DNA of 48,170 nt from Christensenella sp. UBA6420 (GCA_002439705.1 DJPE01000014.1:321-48490); one strand, 5' to 3'. Counted from the stretch's first letter, positions 9,003-17,877 are shown. Notes: a model not told the origin generated them from the sequence alone. Translations and numbers: made by a program.

Positions 9003-9720
9003 TTCCTATTTCCTCCAACTCTCGTTTAACGGTATCTACTTCCGCTACGTCTTTTGCGTTTTTAGCGTTTACTTTTTCTTCAAGTTCTCGTACTTGCTTA
9101 TATAAATTGACCAACACTTCGGCAGTCGGCGTTTTTGCCAACGCTTCCGCCGCACCCGGAGCTTCTTTCCACGCAATAGCCGCGCCTTTCAATAGATTTG
9201 ATAATTGCGCAGATAAGATTTCTTGCGTAGTCTGTAATTTATCGAGAGCAGCCGTATTGTCAACGTAATTATCGCCTACGACTTTCTTTACAACATCCGA
9301 TATGTAGTCTTTTAATTCCGATACCGTTTTTTCATTCAATACTTTTATAAAGTTATCTACGTTAAAGTCTCCGACCATCGCTTCTGCTTTGCTCGTTCTT
9401 TCTTTAAGCGCAGATAAAAACGCCGCGTATTGTTTGGCTTTTACGCCCGACTTAATAGCGGGAATAATACCCACCAATAAACCGAAAACGCCGCCTACCG
9501 CAGATATTATGAGCGGTAATACGTCGTTCTTAAATACTTCCGAGAAACTGTCCTCGGATACGGTATTTTCGGTATTATCGGAAGTAGACTCCGTATCCCC
9601 CGTAGTAGCTTCTTCCGCCGCATATACGGTCGTATGGGTGCCAATGCATAAGCTAACAGCCATTACTAAAAAAGCGCAAATTACGGCGACGTATGCGCCG
9701 ACAAATAGTTTCTTTCTCAT
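8986..9720 (-). CDS. Phage membrane protein: signal/anchor, acidic Thr/Ser/Glu-rich stretch, one TM, long alpha-helical tail (unknown function)
   Basis: 244 aa: MRKKLFVGAYVAVICAFLVMAVSLCIG..., then EEATTGDTESTSDNTENTVSED, then TM VLPLIISAVGGVFGLLVGIIPAI, then a Lys/Glu/Ala-rich helical region. Confidence 0.55.
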   Translation of the reverse strand: MRKKLFVGAYVAVICAFLVMAVSLCIGTHTTVYAAEEATTGDTESTSDNTENTVSEDSFSEVFKNDVLPLIISAVGGVFGLLVGIIPAIKSGVKAKQYAAFLSALKERTSKAEAMVGDFNVDNFIKVLNEKTVSELKDYISDVVKKVVGDNYVDNTAALDKLQTTQEILSAQLSNLLKGAAIAWKEAPGAAEALAKTPTAEVLVNLYKQVRELEEKVNAKNAKDVAEVDTVKRELEEIGNVGNE

Positions 9721-9735
9721 TTTCTTCTTTCTCCT

Positions 9736-10179
9736 TTATAACGTAATTTTGTGTTCATGAATAAGCGGAGCAACCGTTTCTTTCCATTGTTTTAACTCTG
9801 CCACCGTCGCAGTTAGTGACGCTAAATCGTTTAGTATTCCGTCGACAGACGGGTATGCAATAAGAGCGGGAACGCTATCGTTTACAGACCTTATTTCTAT
9901 GGGCGTGCAAACTATTTTTCGTCCGTTTTCCGTTTGTATTTCAAGACATATTATGCCTTTTTTAAGCCGATTCCTTTTTATTGTCGCCTCGCCGTTATTT
10001 ATAGAAAAGGTTCCCAAAAATAATTTTTGAGAAGTCCTAACTATTAAATTTGCATTTTCTTGCATAAATCCGTCGATAACTACGACTATATCTCCGCTTT
10101 CTTCGATATTAAGAAAAGAACCGTCTATTAAGACGGCTCTTCCTGCATGTTCGATATACTTAAATTTTAGTGTATTCAT
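9736..10179 (-). CDS. Hypothetical phage protein downstream of the fibre gene
   Basis: 147-aa ORF, tightly packed in the late operon. I recognise no motif. Confidence 0.5.
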   Translation of the reverse strand: MNTLKFKYIEHAGRAVLIDGSFLNIEESGDIVVVIDGFMQENANLIVRTSQKLFLGTFSINNGEATIKRNRLKKGIICLEIQTENGRKIVCTPIEIRSVNDSVPALIAYPSVDGILNDLASLTATVAELKQWKETVAPLIHEHKITL

Positions 10180-10196
10180 ATTTTTCTCCTTTTGCT

Positions 10197-10391
10197 TTAT
10201 TCATACGAATTTACAGCTTGTACGGATAGTTTTTCTTCGGCGGTCATTTCAACGATTTGTCCATTCTGCATTTTGTGTGTTATTCCGAGAGAATTATATT
10301 GTTCATCGGTCAACACTAAAGTATTAGGGGTCCCTTTGAAACGTTTGCTTTCGCAATATGCGTTATTGCTATAAACGTGTATATATTTCAT
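10197..10391 (-). CDS. Small hypothetical phage protein (position of XkdX-like or fibre-associated small proteins)
   Basis: 64-aa ORF, 10 nt downstream of the fibre gene stop. Assignment is by position only. Confidence 0.4.
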   Translation of the reverse strand: MKYIHVYSNNAYCESKRFKGTPNTLVLTDEQYNSLGITHKMQNGQIVEMTAEEKLSVQAVNSYE

Positions 10392-10401
10392 TTTACGCTC
10401 C

Positions 10402-13400
10402 TTATTCTGTTATTTCAATTTCGTTCCAATATTCTACGGTAATTCGCGGATAACTGCCGTCGGCGACCGCTGTTCTTTCCCCTGTTACGCTGCCGTCCGT
10501 TGCTATCGTATATGTCGTTTGATAGTATGTGTTAATTTTAATAACGTCGGTATCGGGGATATACGTGCAGTTGTACTCGTCGTTCCTCGTTCCCCCTGCT
10601 AATATCGTAGTTTGTGCCATCTGCACGCCGTTAAAATTATTGCTTCCCTGCGAGCCTGATACCGCGGCTACGTTCCAAACATGGGGGATGTAACCTCTGC
10701 CTGCAACAGTTATTCCACTGAAAACGTAAAAGCTTTTTGCAGTGCTGACAATGTTATAGAGTAGCTTTACGGCGGAAATATCTGTATTTCTCAAATCTAT
10801 CGTAGCCGTGTATTTAGCGAGTCCTATAGGTATTTGTTCAAATATTAATTCGTCCGTATCCGGCGCTGTCGATGAAAAATTTAATACGAATTTAATTATA
10901 CCTTCTTCACCTGCCGACGCAAGAAATGTCATATCATAGTCTATATTACCATTCCCGTCGTCACTAAGAACCATTACAGACGTAAGCGTAGCCACTACCA
11001 AACTTGACGTATCATCAGCCATATTGCAAATTACAGGTTGTCCGTTGTTAAAAGCATTTATTGCCGCTTTCGCGTTTACCCCCAAAACTCCACCTTCAGC
11101 TGTGACGGCTAAAACGTATGCTCCGCTTCCACCGCCGCCCGTACCGTCTTTTCCGTTCGTTACGGTAAAATCATACGTTTGTCCATTCGTCAGAGTTATC
11201 GTGTATGTATCCACAAGTCCTTGTGTCGCCGTTTTGACGATGCTGCTTATGCCTACTCCGTCGTCGCCTTTTGCTCCCGTTGCACCCGTCGCACCGGTAT
11301 CGCCCTTATCGCCTTTCGCTCCTGCAGTTCCTGTAATTTCAGTAATAGCGTTTACTTCCGCCGTTACTAAAGTTCCGCTAATTGCGGTTACTGTGAGCGC
11401 ACCAATAAAACTTTGTATATCAGCACTACCGGGTGTCTTAAAAACGCCTATAAAGTTCTCATTTATTGCTGGCGTTCTATTAAAATTCGATAATGATGTT
11501 GTTATCGTACTACCTATTCCTGTGGGCTCGTTACGGTCATATATAAGAAAATGACTTATTGTGAGTGCATCTAACCCATCATCACCTTGAATTCCCTGTA
11601 TGCCTTGTTTGCCTTGCGCTCCCTGCGGTCCCTGTGCACCTTGAGGACCTTGCGGTCCTTGTATCCCTTGCGCGCCTGACAAATCTGTTATGAACTCATA
11701 TTTCGTTTCGCCTTTTACGTAAAGCTGCGCGTTTTCTTCATCTTCCACGTTGCCCGTTGATATCATAACGAATTCGCCTATTAATACGCCGTCAGTTGCA
11801 TATCCTGCATTCATTGCAGATACCGATTCGTAGATTTTCGATATAGCAAAAGGAGCACCCACGTCACCTTGAGGACCTTGAATACCTTGGGGACCTTGTA
11901 TACCCTGTGGACCTTGTTCCCCCTGCGGTCCTTGTATACCTTGCTCTCCTGTCGCACCTTTCTCCCCGGTAATTTTAACAAGAGTGTTTATAGTTGCTTG
12001 TTTCCCTATGGGATTATCTGCATCCCAATTAGACACCGTAAGCCCTACGATATAGCTCGTACTATTATAACGCATTACCGTTGTAAATTCGTCACCTAAG
12101 TAAGGCATACGATTAAAGACTAAGCTGCTTATAACTACCAAATCTCCGACAGCAGGGGCATCTCCTGTACGTGTTAAAAAGCTACTTGTCGTAAGTGCAC
12201 TAAGTCCAGTAGCACCTCTTTCACCTCGTGTTCCCTGCGGTCCCTGAATACCTTGAACTCCTTGTTCTCCTTGCGGACCTCGTATTGACGCTCCGGGTTT
12301 AAAAATCGAATAATCATTTTCAGAAATGCTCGCTACTTGAGCTACATATCCGTCTTGGAACGTCACCATATCGTATTCCGTCAACGTCGTCGAGTCTGGT
12401 TTTAGCTTGCTCTTATCATATTTGTCATTATCTTTGACGTAATTTTCTTCTGCGGTATACCAATCGGTTTTAATCTTCGCCCAATTGTATACCCGAAAAA
12501 CATAATTCTTGACATCAACGTACGAAACTTGCGCCGTGTATCCGTTCCTAAAAGATATCATATCGCCGTCTTTGAGTCTACCTACAGTCCCTGGAGTCAA
12601 CGAACCTATTACGTATTCTGTACTTAATGAATTTGGAACGCAGTCAGTGCTACAAAAGTACCATTTGTACGGTGGAAACATCGTTCCCGTAAAACAAAGC
12701 AACTGTCCGCTAAACGGTTCTTTAACGCCTTCTATAAGCAAAGAACCGTCGGAACCTTTGAATATCGTATCCGCCGTAATCACACATCCACTATGCGCCG
12801 CATTTGTTTCTATCGTATATCTCTCATTAAGCACTTCCGATGTTTCTACCGTATACGTTTTTTCGGAATCGGCAGCCACTTGCGCAAAGAAATCGGCATT
12901 ATATTGTCCCGTTTGCATACTTGAAAAAGCAAGGTCGTATAACCCCGTAGCGTCTTGCATCGAACCTTGTGCTACCCACGAATCTTTAGAGAATGAAATG
13001 ACAGTCATTCCGTTCACCGTTTCAGGTTCTGTTGCGGTAGGAATACGGAACAGAGCAGTAGTGCCGTCAGAATAATACTTAGTAAAGTAAGTATACCCGT
13101 CGTTTGAAGTCTTCGACGTTATGTCTACGAGAACTCTGCGTACGGTCACGTTCTCTACTTTAGAAACTCGCTCATCGAGATTTTGAAGATACGCTTCGTC
13201 TTGCGCTAAATACGCCAATATTAAGTCGTAGACGTCGGTACTCGGGTCGGGCACCATATCTTTCGGAAGTTGAACCGAAGACTCTACGAGAAAATTGAAC
13301 ATATAGCTCGTTTGGTTACGGTTAGGATAAGTCGTGGCGACGATAGAACATTGAACGTTCCCCGCTACGTTCGTTACCGCCGTGGGCAACGTATAAGTCC

Positions 13401-13662
13401 AACAATTTACCCCGTATTCGGCAGGAACAGTCTTCAACAACGTCATCGGAGCGTAGCCTATATTCGTTAACGCTTTCGTTGCCCTTACCGTCGTCGTTCC
13501 CAACGGCGCCAAGTTTCCGTCGGGAAGAATAAAGCCTATCTTCATCGAAGTGTTTGCCGGGAACGGGGAATAAACGTGAATTTCCGAAACGTTGCTACTT
13601 TGATATATTCGTTCGGGTGTAACCACTTTTGCTTCTCCCGTAAGTGAAAGAAAAATATCCAT
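10402..13662 (-). CDS. Tail fibre / receptor-binding protein with four collagen-like (Gly-X-Y) segments
   Basis: 1086 aa. GPQGEQGVQGIQGPQGTRGERGATG; GEKGATGEQGIQGPQGEQGPQGIQGPQGIQGPQGDVG; GAQGIQGPQGPQGAQGPQGAQGKQGIQGIQGDDG; GTAGAKGDKGDTGATGATGAKGDDG. Paralogous globular modules lie between them. Confidence 0.8.
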   Translation of the reverse strand: MDIFLSLTGEAKVVTPERIYQSSNVSEIHVYSPFPANTSMKIGFILPDGNLAPLGTTTVRATKALTNIGYAPMTLLKTVPAEYGVNCWTYTLPTAVTNVAGNVQCSIVATTYPNRNQTSYMFNFLVESSVQLPKDMVPDPSTDVYDLILAYLAQDEAYLQNLDERVSKVENVTVRRVLVDITSKTSNDGYTYFTKYYSDGTTALFRIPTATEPETVNGMTVISFSKDSWVAQGSMQDATGLYDLAFSSMQTGQYNADFFAQVAADSEKTYTVETSEVLNERYTIETNAAHSGCVITADTIFKGSDGSLLIEGVKEPFSGQLLCFTGTMFPPYKWYFCSTDCVPNSLSTEYVIGSLTPGTVGRLKDGDMISFRNGYTAQVSYVDVKNYVFRVYNWAKIKTDWYTAEENYVKDNDKYDKSKLKPDSTTLTEYDMVTFQDGYVAQVASISENDYSIFKPGASIRGPQGEQGVQGIQGPQGTRGERGATGLSALTTSSFLTRTGDAPAVGDLVVISSLVFNRMPYLGDEFTTVMRYNSTSYIVGLTVSNWDADNPIGKQATINTLVKITGEKGATGEQGIQGPQGEQGPQGIQGPQGIQGPQGDVGAPFAISKIYESVSAMNAGYATDGVLIGEFVMISTGNVEDEENAQLYVKGETKYEFITDLSGAQGIQGPQGPQGAQGPQGAQGKQGIQGIQGDDGLDALTISHFLIYDRNEPTGIGSTITTSLSNFNRTPAINENFIGVFKTPGSADIQSFIGALTVTAISGTLVTAEVNAITEITGTAGAKGDKGDTGATGATGAKGDDGVGISSIVKTATQGLVDTYTITLTNGQTYDFTVTNGKDGTGGGGSGAYVLAVTAEGGVLGVNAKAAINAFNNGQPVICNMADDTSSLVVATLTSVMVLSDDGNGNIDYDMTFLASAGEEGIIKFVLNFSSTAPDTDELIFEQIPIGLAKYTATIDLRNTDISAVKLLYNIVSTAKSFYVFSGITVAGRGYIPHVWNVAAVSGSQGSNNFNGVQMAQTTILAGGTRNDEYNCTYIPDTDVIKINTYYQTTYTIATDGSVTGERTAVADGSYPRITVEYWNEIEITE
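11257..12279 (-). repeat. Coding collagen-like triplet repeats (4 blocks) interleaved with duplicated globular modules
   Basis: Blocks at about 12205-12279, 11857-11967, 11575-11676 and 11257-11331. The modules LSALTTSSFLTRTGDAPAVGD...NRMPYLGDEF and LDALTISHFLIYDRNEPTGIG...NRTPAINENF are paralogous. Confidence 0.85.
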
Positions 13663-13720
13663 AAATTTGTCTCCTTTTATGTATTTACGCTCCCGAAAAT
13701 CGAGAGCGTATCGTTTGAAA

Positions 13721-16438
13721 TTAGAAATTAAAATATATAGGCTTTGCCGTTTCGCCTGGTTTAAGCGTAACGTTCTCGCCTAAGTATAATTCTTTCGTAT
13801 CTGCGTCGACCAACGCCCACCCTACGTACGTGTTCGTGGCGCTTTCATTCGTTATGTTTTGTATCGACGAGCCTATGATTGTAAAGCGAGGACTACCGTC
13901 CCAAAAATCGCCGTCTGACTCGTCAAGATTATTCCTTAACCCGTTTAACCTTTTTCGTAAAAAACACAGCTGCATTTTTTTATTCTCCACAGACGTAACG
14001 AGAGCATTCTTAGACCACATCGCGGACCCCATTACTATTGCTCTATCGTCACATTGCCCGTATAATTGAAATGTAAAAGATAACTTTTCCGAACTGTTTT
14101 TATCAACGTGAAGAATATTTTTCCAATTGTGAGCACTTCCTTGATACACGCCCGAAGAAATAAACGCTTCGTCGTGCGTACCGTAGTAGTACTTGTCGTC
14201 AATCATAGGGAGCGTATCGCATATACCACCGCTTTGGTCTCCGTATCCAGCTTCGTATAGTTCTATCGTTCCGTCTGCATTTTTAGAATATAACTTATCT
14301 GCAATTGCATATTCGAGAGCGTAAAATTCGCCGAAAACGCTACCGTACGGAGTTGCTTTACGTTGCTTATACTCAACGGACGGAATAACGTCGGAACGGT
14401 CGCCTACGGAATAATTGTCTTCAAGCGTACAATTAAAGTACAACGAATTACCAAAGCCGTGCTTGGTCACGCCTTTTGCGTAACATTTTCCCAACTGTTC
14501 TCCCGTATTGGAAAGGCAACGGAAAACTAACGTAGCAGCGGTATCACGGTAAGCAGTTCTCGTCGGGTCAAAAGTATCCATAAACCGATATCTCAGCCAA
14601 TCACGTATCTCTCCGTTTATTTTTAACGGATTATTACTATGCGATATGAGTATTTTGTACGGAACGATTATTTTTCTATCTATACTTTGTCGTTCCGATA
14701 CGTCGAATACTCTATAATGACTCGATAACCCGAAATATTCCGACAACTTATTAAAATCGGGAGTAACGTAAATATCGGCTATTACGTAGTTGCGTCCGTA
14801 ACGCTTCGTAACGTTGAAAATATATCCGCCGTCGAAATAATTCCCAGGTTTAGGAAGGTCTTTCGGATTATCAAAACGTATTTTGTAAATCGTTACGTCG
14901 TTACCGAGTCTTGCTATTTTGCCTTTAAGATTTTCACCGTAAGCGTTCGCTTCAACCGAACTTGCCGACTGTTGGTTGTATAATACGTTATCGTTTGGAA
15001 AACCGACGTACGGTTTATATTGACGAACCCTAACGTTATCGTAAGGTATATAAGTTACTCTAAACGCAAGATTTTCATAGCTGCCCGCTTCGCCAAAGTT
15101 TTTTCCTGCGTGTTTAACGATATTCTCTATGCTCGGTTTCTTAAAAGAGTTAATTAGGTTAAGAAGTGAAACGCTCGTCGTATTCAACCCGGTAATCTCT
15201 CGACTCCCCTGTTTCCAACATAACGCGTAAGCTACGCTGTTAGGATACCCCACGTTATCGGCAGTCATTAAGCAATCGTATTCAGTTTGCTCGTAACAAT
15301 ATTTCGTTATATCTCCGATTACGCTCGATGTGCTTCCTTCTGTATAAGCCATTTCAAGTTTAACGAGTCTATATATCGGTCTATCGAGTTTTATAATAGC
15401 GGTATCCGATTTTATCTCTATACCCGACGTACACCGAGTAGTTTTGTATACGTTCGGAAGCGGGTCGACGAGACTCCCCGCTATGGTATCCTGCGTATCG
15501 ATGATATTTTCCGCATATGAGTCGAGCGCGCCGCAATAATCGTTTATTTTAACTACATTGCGGCATCCCATTACCACGGCAGTAGCAGGCAACGTATACT
15601 CTTCGTCCGTTCCTAAAAGGTCGAAAGTTACTTTTGTAAGATTGTCGTTGCCGTCGCTGACTAAACGAGGGATTCCGTGTATATAGTGACCGACGGTCAA
15701 CAACGCTTCAAAAAGCGTCATCCGCGGAAGAAAGAACTCCGGAGCGGGAACTTTTTTAAACTTCTCTGCAATCGCATCGTCGAGATAATATTTGGGTTCA
15801 TCTTTTACTTTGCGCGTAATTCCAGTAGACAAAATACGGTTAATAACGTCCGTTATTGACGGTATAGGTTTAGAAACGTAAAACAAATTTTGCGCATCTA
15901 TATGGAATGATATCTTTAAAGTGGATACTTCGTTTTCCTCGCCAACAGATACCGTTGCTGTACAGGTGTATAAAATTTTGAATTTATCCGCTTTCCCAAA
16001 TACATATTGAGCTATTACATCTCCTGTCTTTTTGTCTACCGGAAATTCGTTAGGAAGCAACACAAACATAGGTGTTTCTTCGCTGTCAAGAATATCTAAG
16101 CGATATTCATATTTATCCGGCTTCGTTCCCAAAGAACGTTTTGCTTCTATAAATTTCAAATCAAACTTTTCTTCTATTCCCTGCGGAGACACATATAAAG
16201 TCTCAACTGCTGATTTATCAAATTCCCAATAATTTATGTCCTGCGTAGTCGTTGTCGTGCCAACGGTTATAGTTGCCCATGCTTCATATTCGACATATTC
16301 TGCATAAGGATTAATTGCCATCGAATTTCTATGGGTAAAAGATATGCTGTCGCACGGTTCGCGTTCTAATAACTTAGTCGGTTCTAACAGCTGTATTCTT
16401 TCTCTTACCTTTTGATTTTTTCGTAAAAAATCTAACAT
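13721..16438 (-). CDS. Large virion (tail/baseplate-like) structural protein, family not recognised
   Basis: 905-aa ORF directly upstream of the fibre gene. Assignment is by position and size only. Confidence 0.5.
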   Translation of the reverse strand: MLDFLRKNQKVRERIQLLEPTKLLEREPCDSISFTHRNSMAINPYAEYVEYEAWATITVGTTTTTQDINYWEFDKSAVETLYVSPQGIEEKFDLKFIEAKRSLGTKPDKYEYRLDILDSEETPMFVLLPNEFPVDKKTGDVIAQYVFGKADKFKILYTCTATVSVGEENEVSTLKISFHIDAQNLFYVSKPIPSITDVINRILSTGITRKVKDEPKYYLDDAIAEKFKKVPAPEFFLPRMTLFEALLTVGHYIHGIPRLVSDGNDNLTKVTFDLLGTDEEYTLPATAVVMGCRNVVKINDYCGALDSYAENIIDTQDTIAGSLVDPLPNVYKTTRCTSGIEIKSDTAIIKLDRPIYRLVKLEMAYTEGSTSSVIGDITKYCYEQTEYDCLMTADNVGYPNSVAYALCWKQGSREITGLNTTSVSLLNLINSFKKPSIENIVKHAGKNFGEAGSYENLAFRVTYIPYDNVRVRQYKPYVGFPNDNVLYNQQSASSVEANAYGENLKGKIARLGNDVTIYKIRFDNPKDLPKPGNYFDGGYIFNVTKRYGRNYVIADIYVTPDFNKLSEYFGLSSHYRVFDVSERQSIDRKIIVPYKILISHSNNPLKINGEIRDWLRYRFMDTFDPTRTAYRDTAATLVFRCLSNTGEQLGKCYAKGVTKHGFGNSLYFNCTLEDNYSVGDRSDVIPSVEYKQRKATPYGSVFGEFYALEYAIADKLYSKNADGTIELYEAGYGDQSGGICDTLPMIDDKYYYGTHDEAFISSGVYQGSAHNWKNILHVDKNSSEKLSFTFQLYGQCDDRAIVMGSAMWSKNALVTSVENKKMQLCFLRKRLNGLRNNLDESDGDFWDGSPRFTIIGSSIQNITNESATNTYVGWALVDADTKELYLGENVTLKPGETAKPIYFNF

Positions 16439-16467
16439 CTCTCCTTACTCCTTAAAATTTTGTATAT

Positions 16468-16493
16468 AAAAAAAGCACTCTTTCGAGTGCCTT
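16468..16493 (-). terminator. Rho-independent terminator closing cassette A
   Basis: Minus strand reads GCACTC-GAAA-GAGTGC followed by TTTTTTT. It is nearly the same hairpin as at 27982-28009. Confidence 0.7.
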
Positions 16494-16515
16494 ATTCTAT
16501 TTTTCGTAAGTTCCT

Positions 16516-16788
16516 TTATTCCTCGTCCAAACCGTAGTTGTCTAATTCAGCGGCAAAATACATTATCAATTCAAATTTATCATGAGCCAAGAAGCGCGTT
16601 TCTAAATCACATTCGTTACTGTACAAATATCTTATGTTGATATCATTGTCTTTGATAAATTGAGTGATTATCGGTATCCTTTCAGGATGACGTAATGCCG
16701 AAGTTCTTACCATATCAAGATTATCGTCCGGGTCGTTTATTGCATCAATAAGGTCTATAAAGTCTTGAATTTCTTTTTCAGTTATCAT
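16516..16788 (-). CDS. Conserved 90-aa acidic protein, copy A (unknown function)
   Basis: GGAGAGAG RBS then MITEKEIQDFIDLIDAINDPDDNLDMVRTSALRHPERIPIITQFIKDNDINIRYLYSNECDLETRFLAHDKFELIMYFAAELDNYGLDEE. Paralogue of 28403-28675. I moved the start to Met21 of the track ORF because the RBS and nucleotide conservation begin there. Confidence 0.7.
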   Translation of the reverse strand: MITEKEIQDFIDLIDAINDPDDNLDMVRTSALRHPERIPIITQFIKDNDINIRYLYSNECDLETRFLAHDKFELIMYFAAELDNYGLDEE

Positions 16789-16808
16789 TTTTCTCTCTCC
16801 ATAATATT
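16516..16808 (-). repeat. 293-bp direct repeat, copy A (partner at 28403-28695)
   Basis: Aligned by eye. Identical runs of about 37, 35 and 47 nt, for example gtcttgaatttctttttcagttatcatttttctctctccataatatt. Confidence 0.85.
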
Positions 16809-16919
16809 GTGTATTGAAAACCATGTTCGCTATCCAATAATTTAACAAAATATTTCTATTCTGTACATATTTTTAATGTGACCCTGAATATCAAGAGTTT
16901 CTTCACATCTCATAATATA

Positions 16920-17129
16920 TCACTCTGGACGGTCTTTTATCAATAATGCAAATGATAAAATTTGAGACTGAGTAAGTTCTTCATGATTATAAAGAAATGA
17001 CGCCATTGCTATTAATTTTTCATATGTTTGCAACATTAAGCAAACCCCCATAACAGCATTGTCGCTTACGCCTTTATTTTTTAGGAGCTTTATTACTTCT
17101 TTCCTTTTGCCATCAATATCAAAATTCAT
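16920..17129 (-). CDS. Small hypothetical protein (69 aa), unique to cassette A
   Basis: The ORF overlaps the upstream gene by 11 nt. AT-rich, CpG-poor composition like the rest of the cassette. Confidence 0.5.
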   Translation of the reverse strand: MNFDIDGKRKEVIKLLKNKGVSDNAVMGVCLMLQTYEKLIAMASFLYNHEELTQSQILSFALLIKDRPE

Positions 17130-17568
17130 TGCGCAATACCTCCTGCACTTTCATAATTATTTCTTCATTCCCTTCTATCGATATTTTTGCAAGCGGAACT
17201 ATTGAACCATATCCCAAATGATTATATAACACAAACGACTTATTGGTAAAGTCCCCATCTATACATTGTTTATGCCCAAGTCTTTTTATTGCTTGTTGCG
17301 AGATAACTGCATATTCGTATTTACTTAATACTATTTGAGTTTCTATCTCTTTTACTGGATTTATTGTGCGAGAAACAATTCTATCAACATACTCGTAAAA
17401 GTCTCTATTGACTTTTGAAATAAATTTAATACTAGCAATTTCATTTTGCCGTAAAGCCGCTTTATTTCCTATCTGCACAAGTTTTTCGACTTGCAATAAA
17501 CTATTTCTCTTGTCGGTAAACTTCCCGTCACCGTCCCTCGGATGGTCTTCTTCTCTGAACGTAGTCAT
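17119..17568 (-). CDS. HPRDGDGKF-motif protein A (149 aa, unknown function)
   Basis: MTTFREEDHPRDGDGKFTDK..., sharing only this N-terminal motif with 28665-29057. The start overlaps the upstream stop as TAATG. Confidence 0.65.
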   Translation of the reverse strand: MTTFREEDHPRDGDGKFTDKRNSLLQVEKLVQIGNKAALRQNEIASIKFISKVNRDFYEYVDRIVSRTINPVKEIETQIVLSKYEYAVISQQAIKRLGHKQCIDGDFTNKSFVLYNHLGYGSIVPLAKISIEGNEEIIMKVQEVLRNEF

Positions 17569-17876
17569 TATAACACACTCCTTCCCTTAAAGCAAGTAAG
17601 CCACGTAGTATCTCTATCACCCGTAACGTAATCGAGTTTCTCTAAAAGCTCGTCGTTATCTTCATCCCTTATTTCGATACGCACGTGCGTAAAAGGCGGT
17701 ATAAATCCTATTCCTTCCGACTCATCCGATATATCCAAAGTACGCGCTTGCATATCGAGAGACGACGTATCGAGCTCTTCGTCTAACGGATTCTCGAAAT
17801 AAATATCCCTGTGGAAATTCTCTATCTCTTTCCAAACTCCGTTTATCTTTGCTTTGACCGAATATTTAAGCGTCAT
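17568..17876 (-). CDS. Hypothetical virion/tail-region protein (102 aa)
   Basis: ORF in the late operon. Acidic. No motif recognised. Confidence 0.45.
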   Translation of the reverse strand: MTLKYSVKAKINGVWKEIENFHRDIYFENPLDEELDTSSLDMQARTLDISDESEGIGFIPPFTHVRIEIRDEDNDELLEKLDYVTGDRDTTWLTCFKGRSVL

Positions 17877-17877
17877 A

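Noticed and set aside
10402-13662. Diversity-generating retroelement targeting the fibre gene
   Set aside because: No reverse transcriptase gene is present in the window, and there is no near-identical template/variable repeat pair. The internal duplications are old, diverged paralogous modules.
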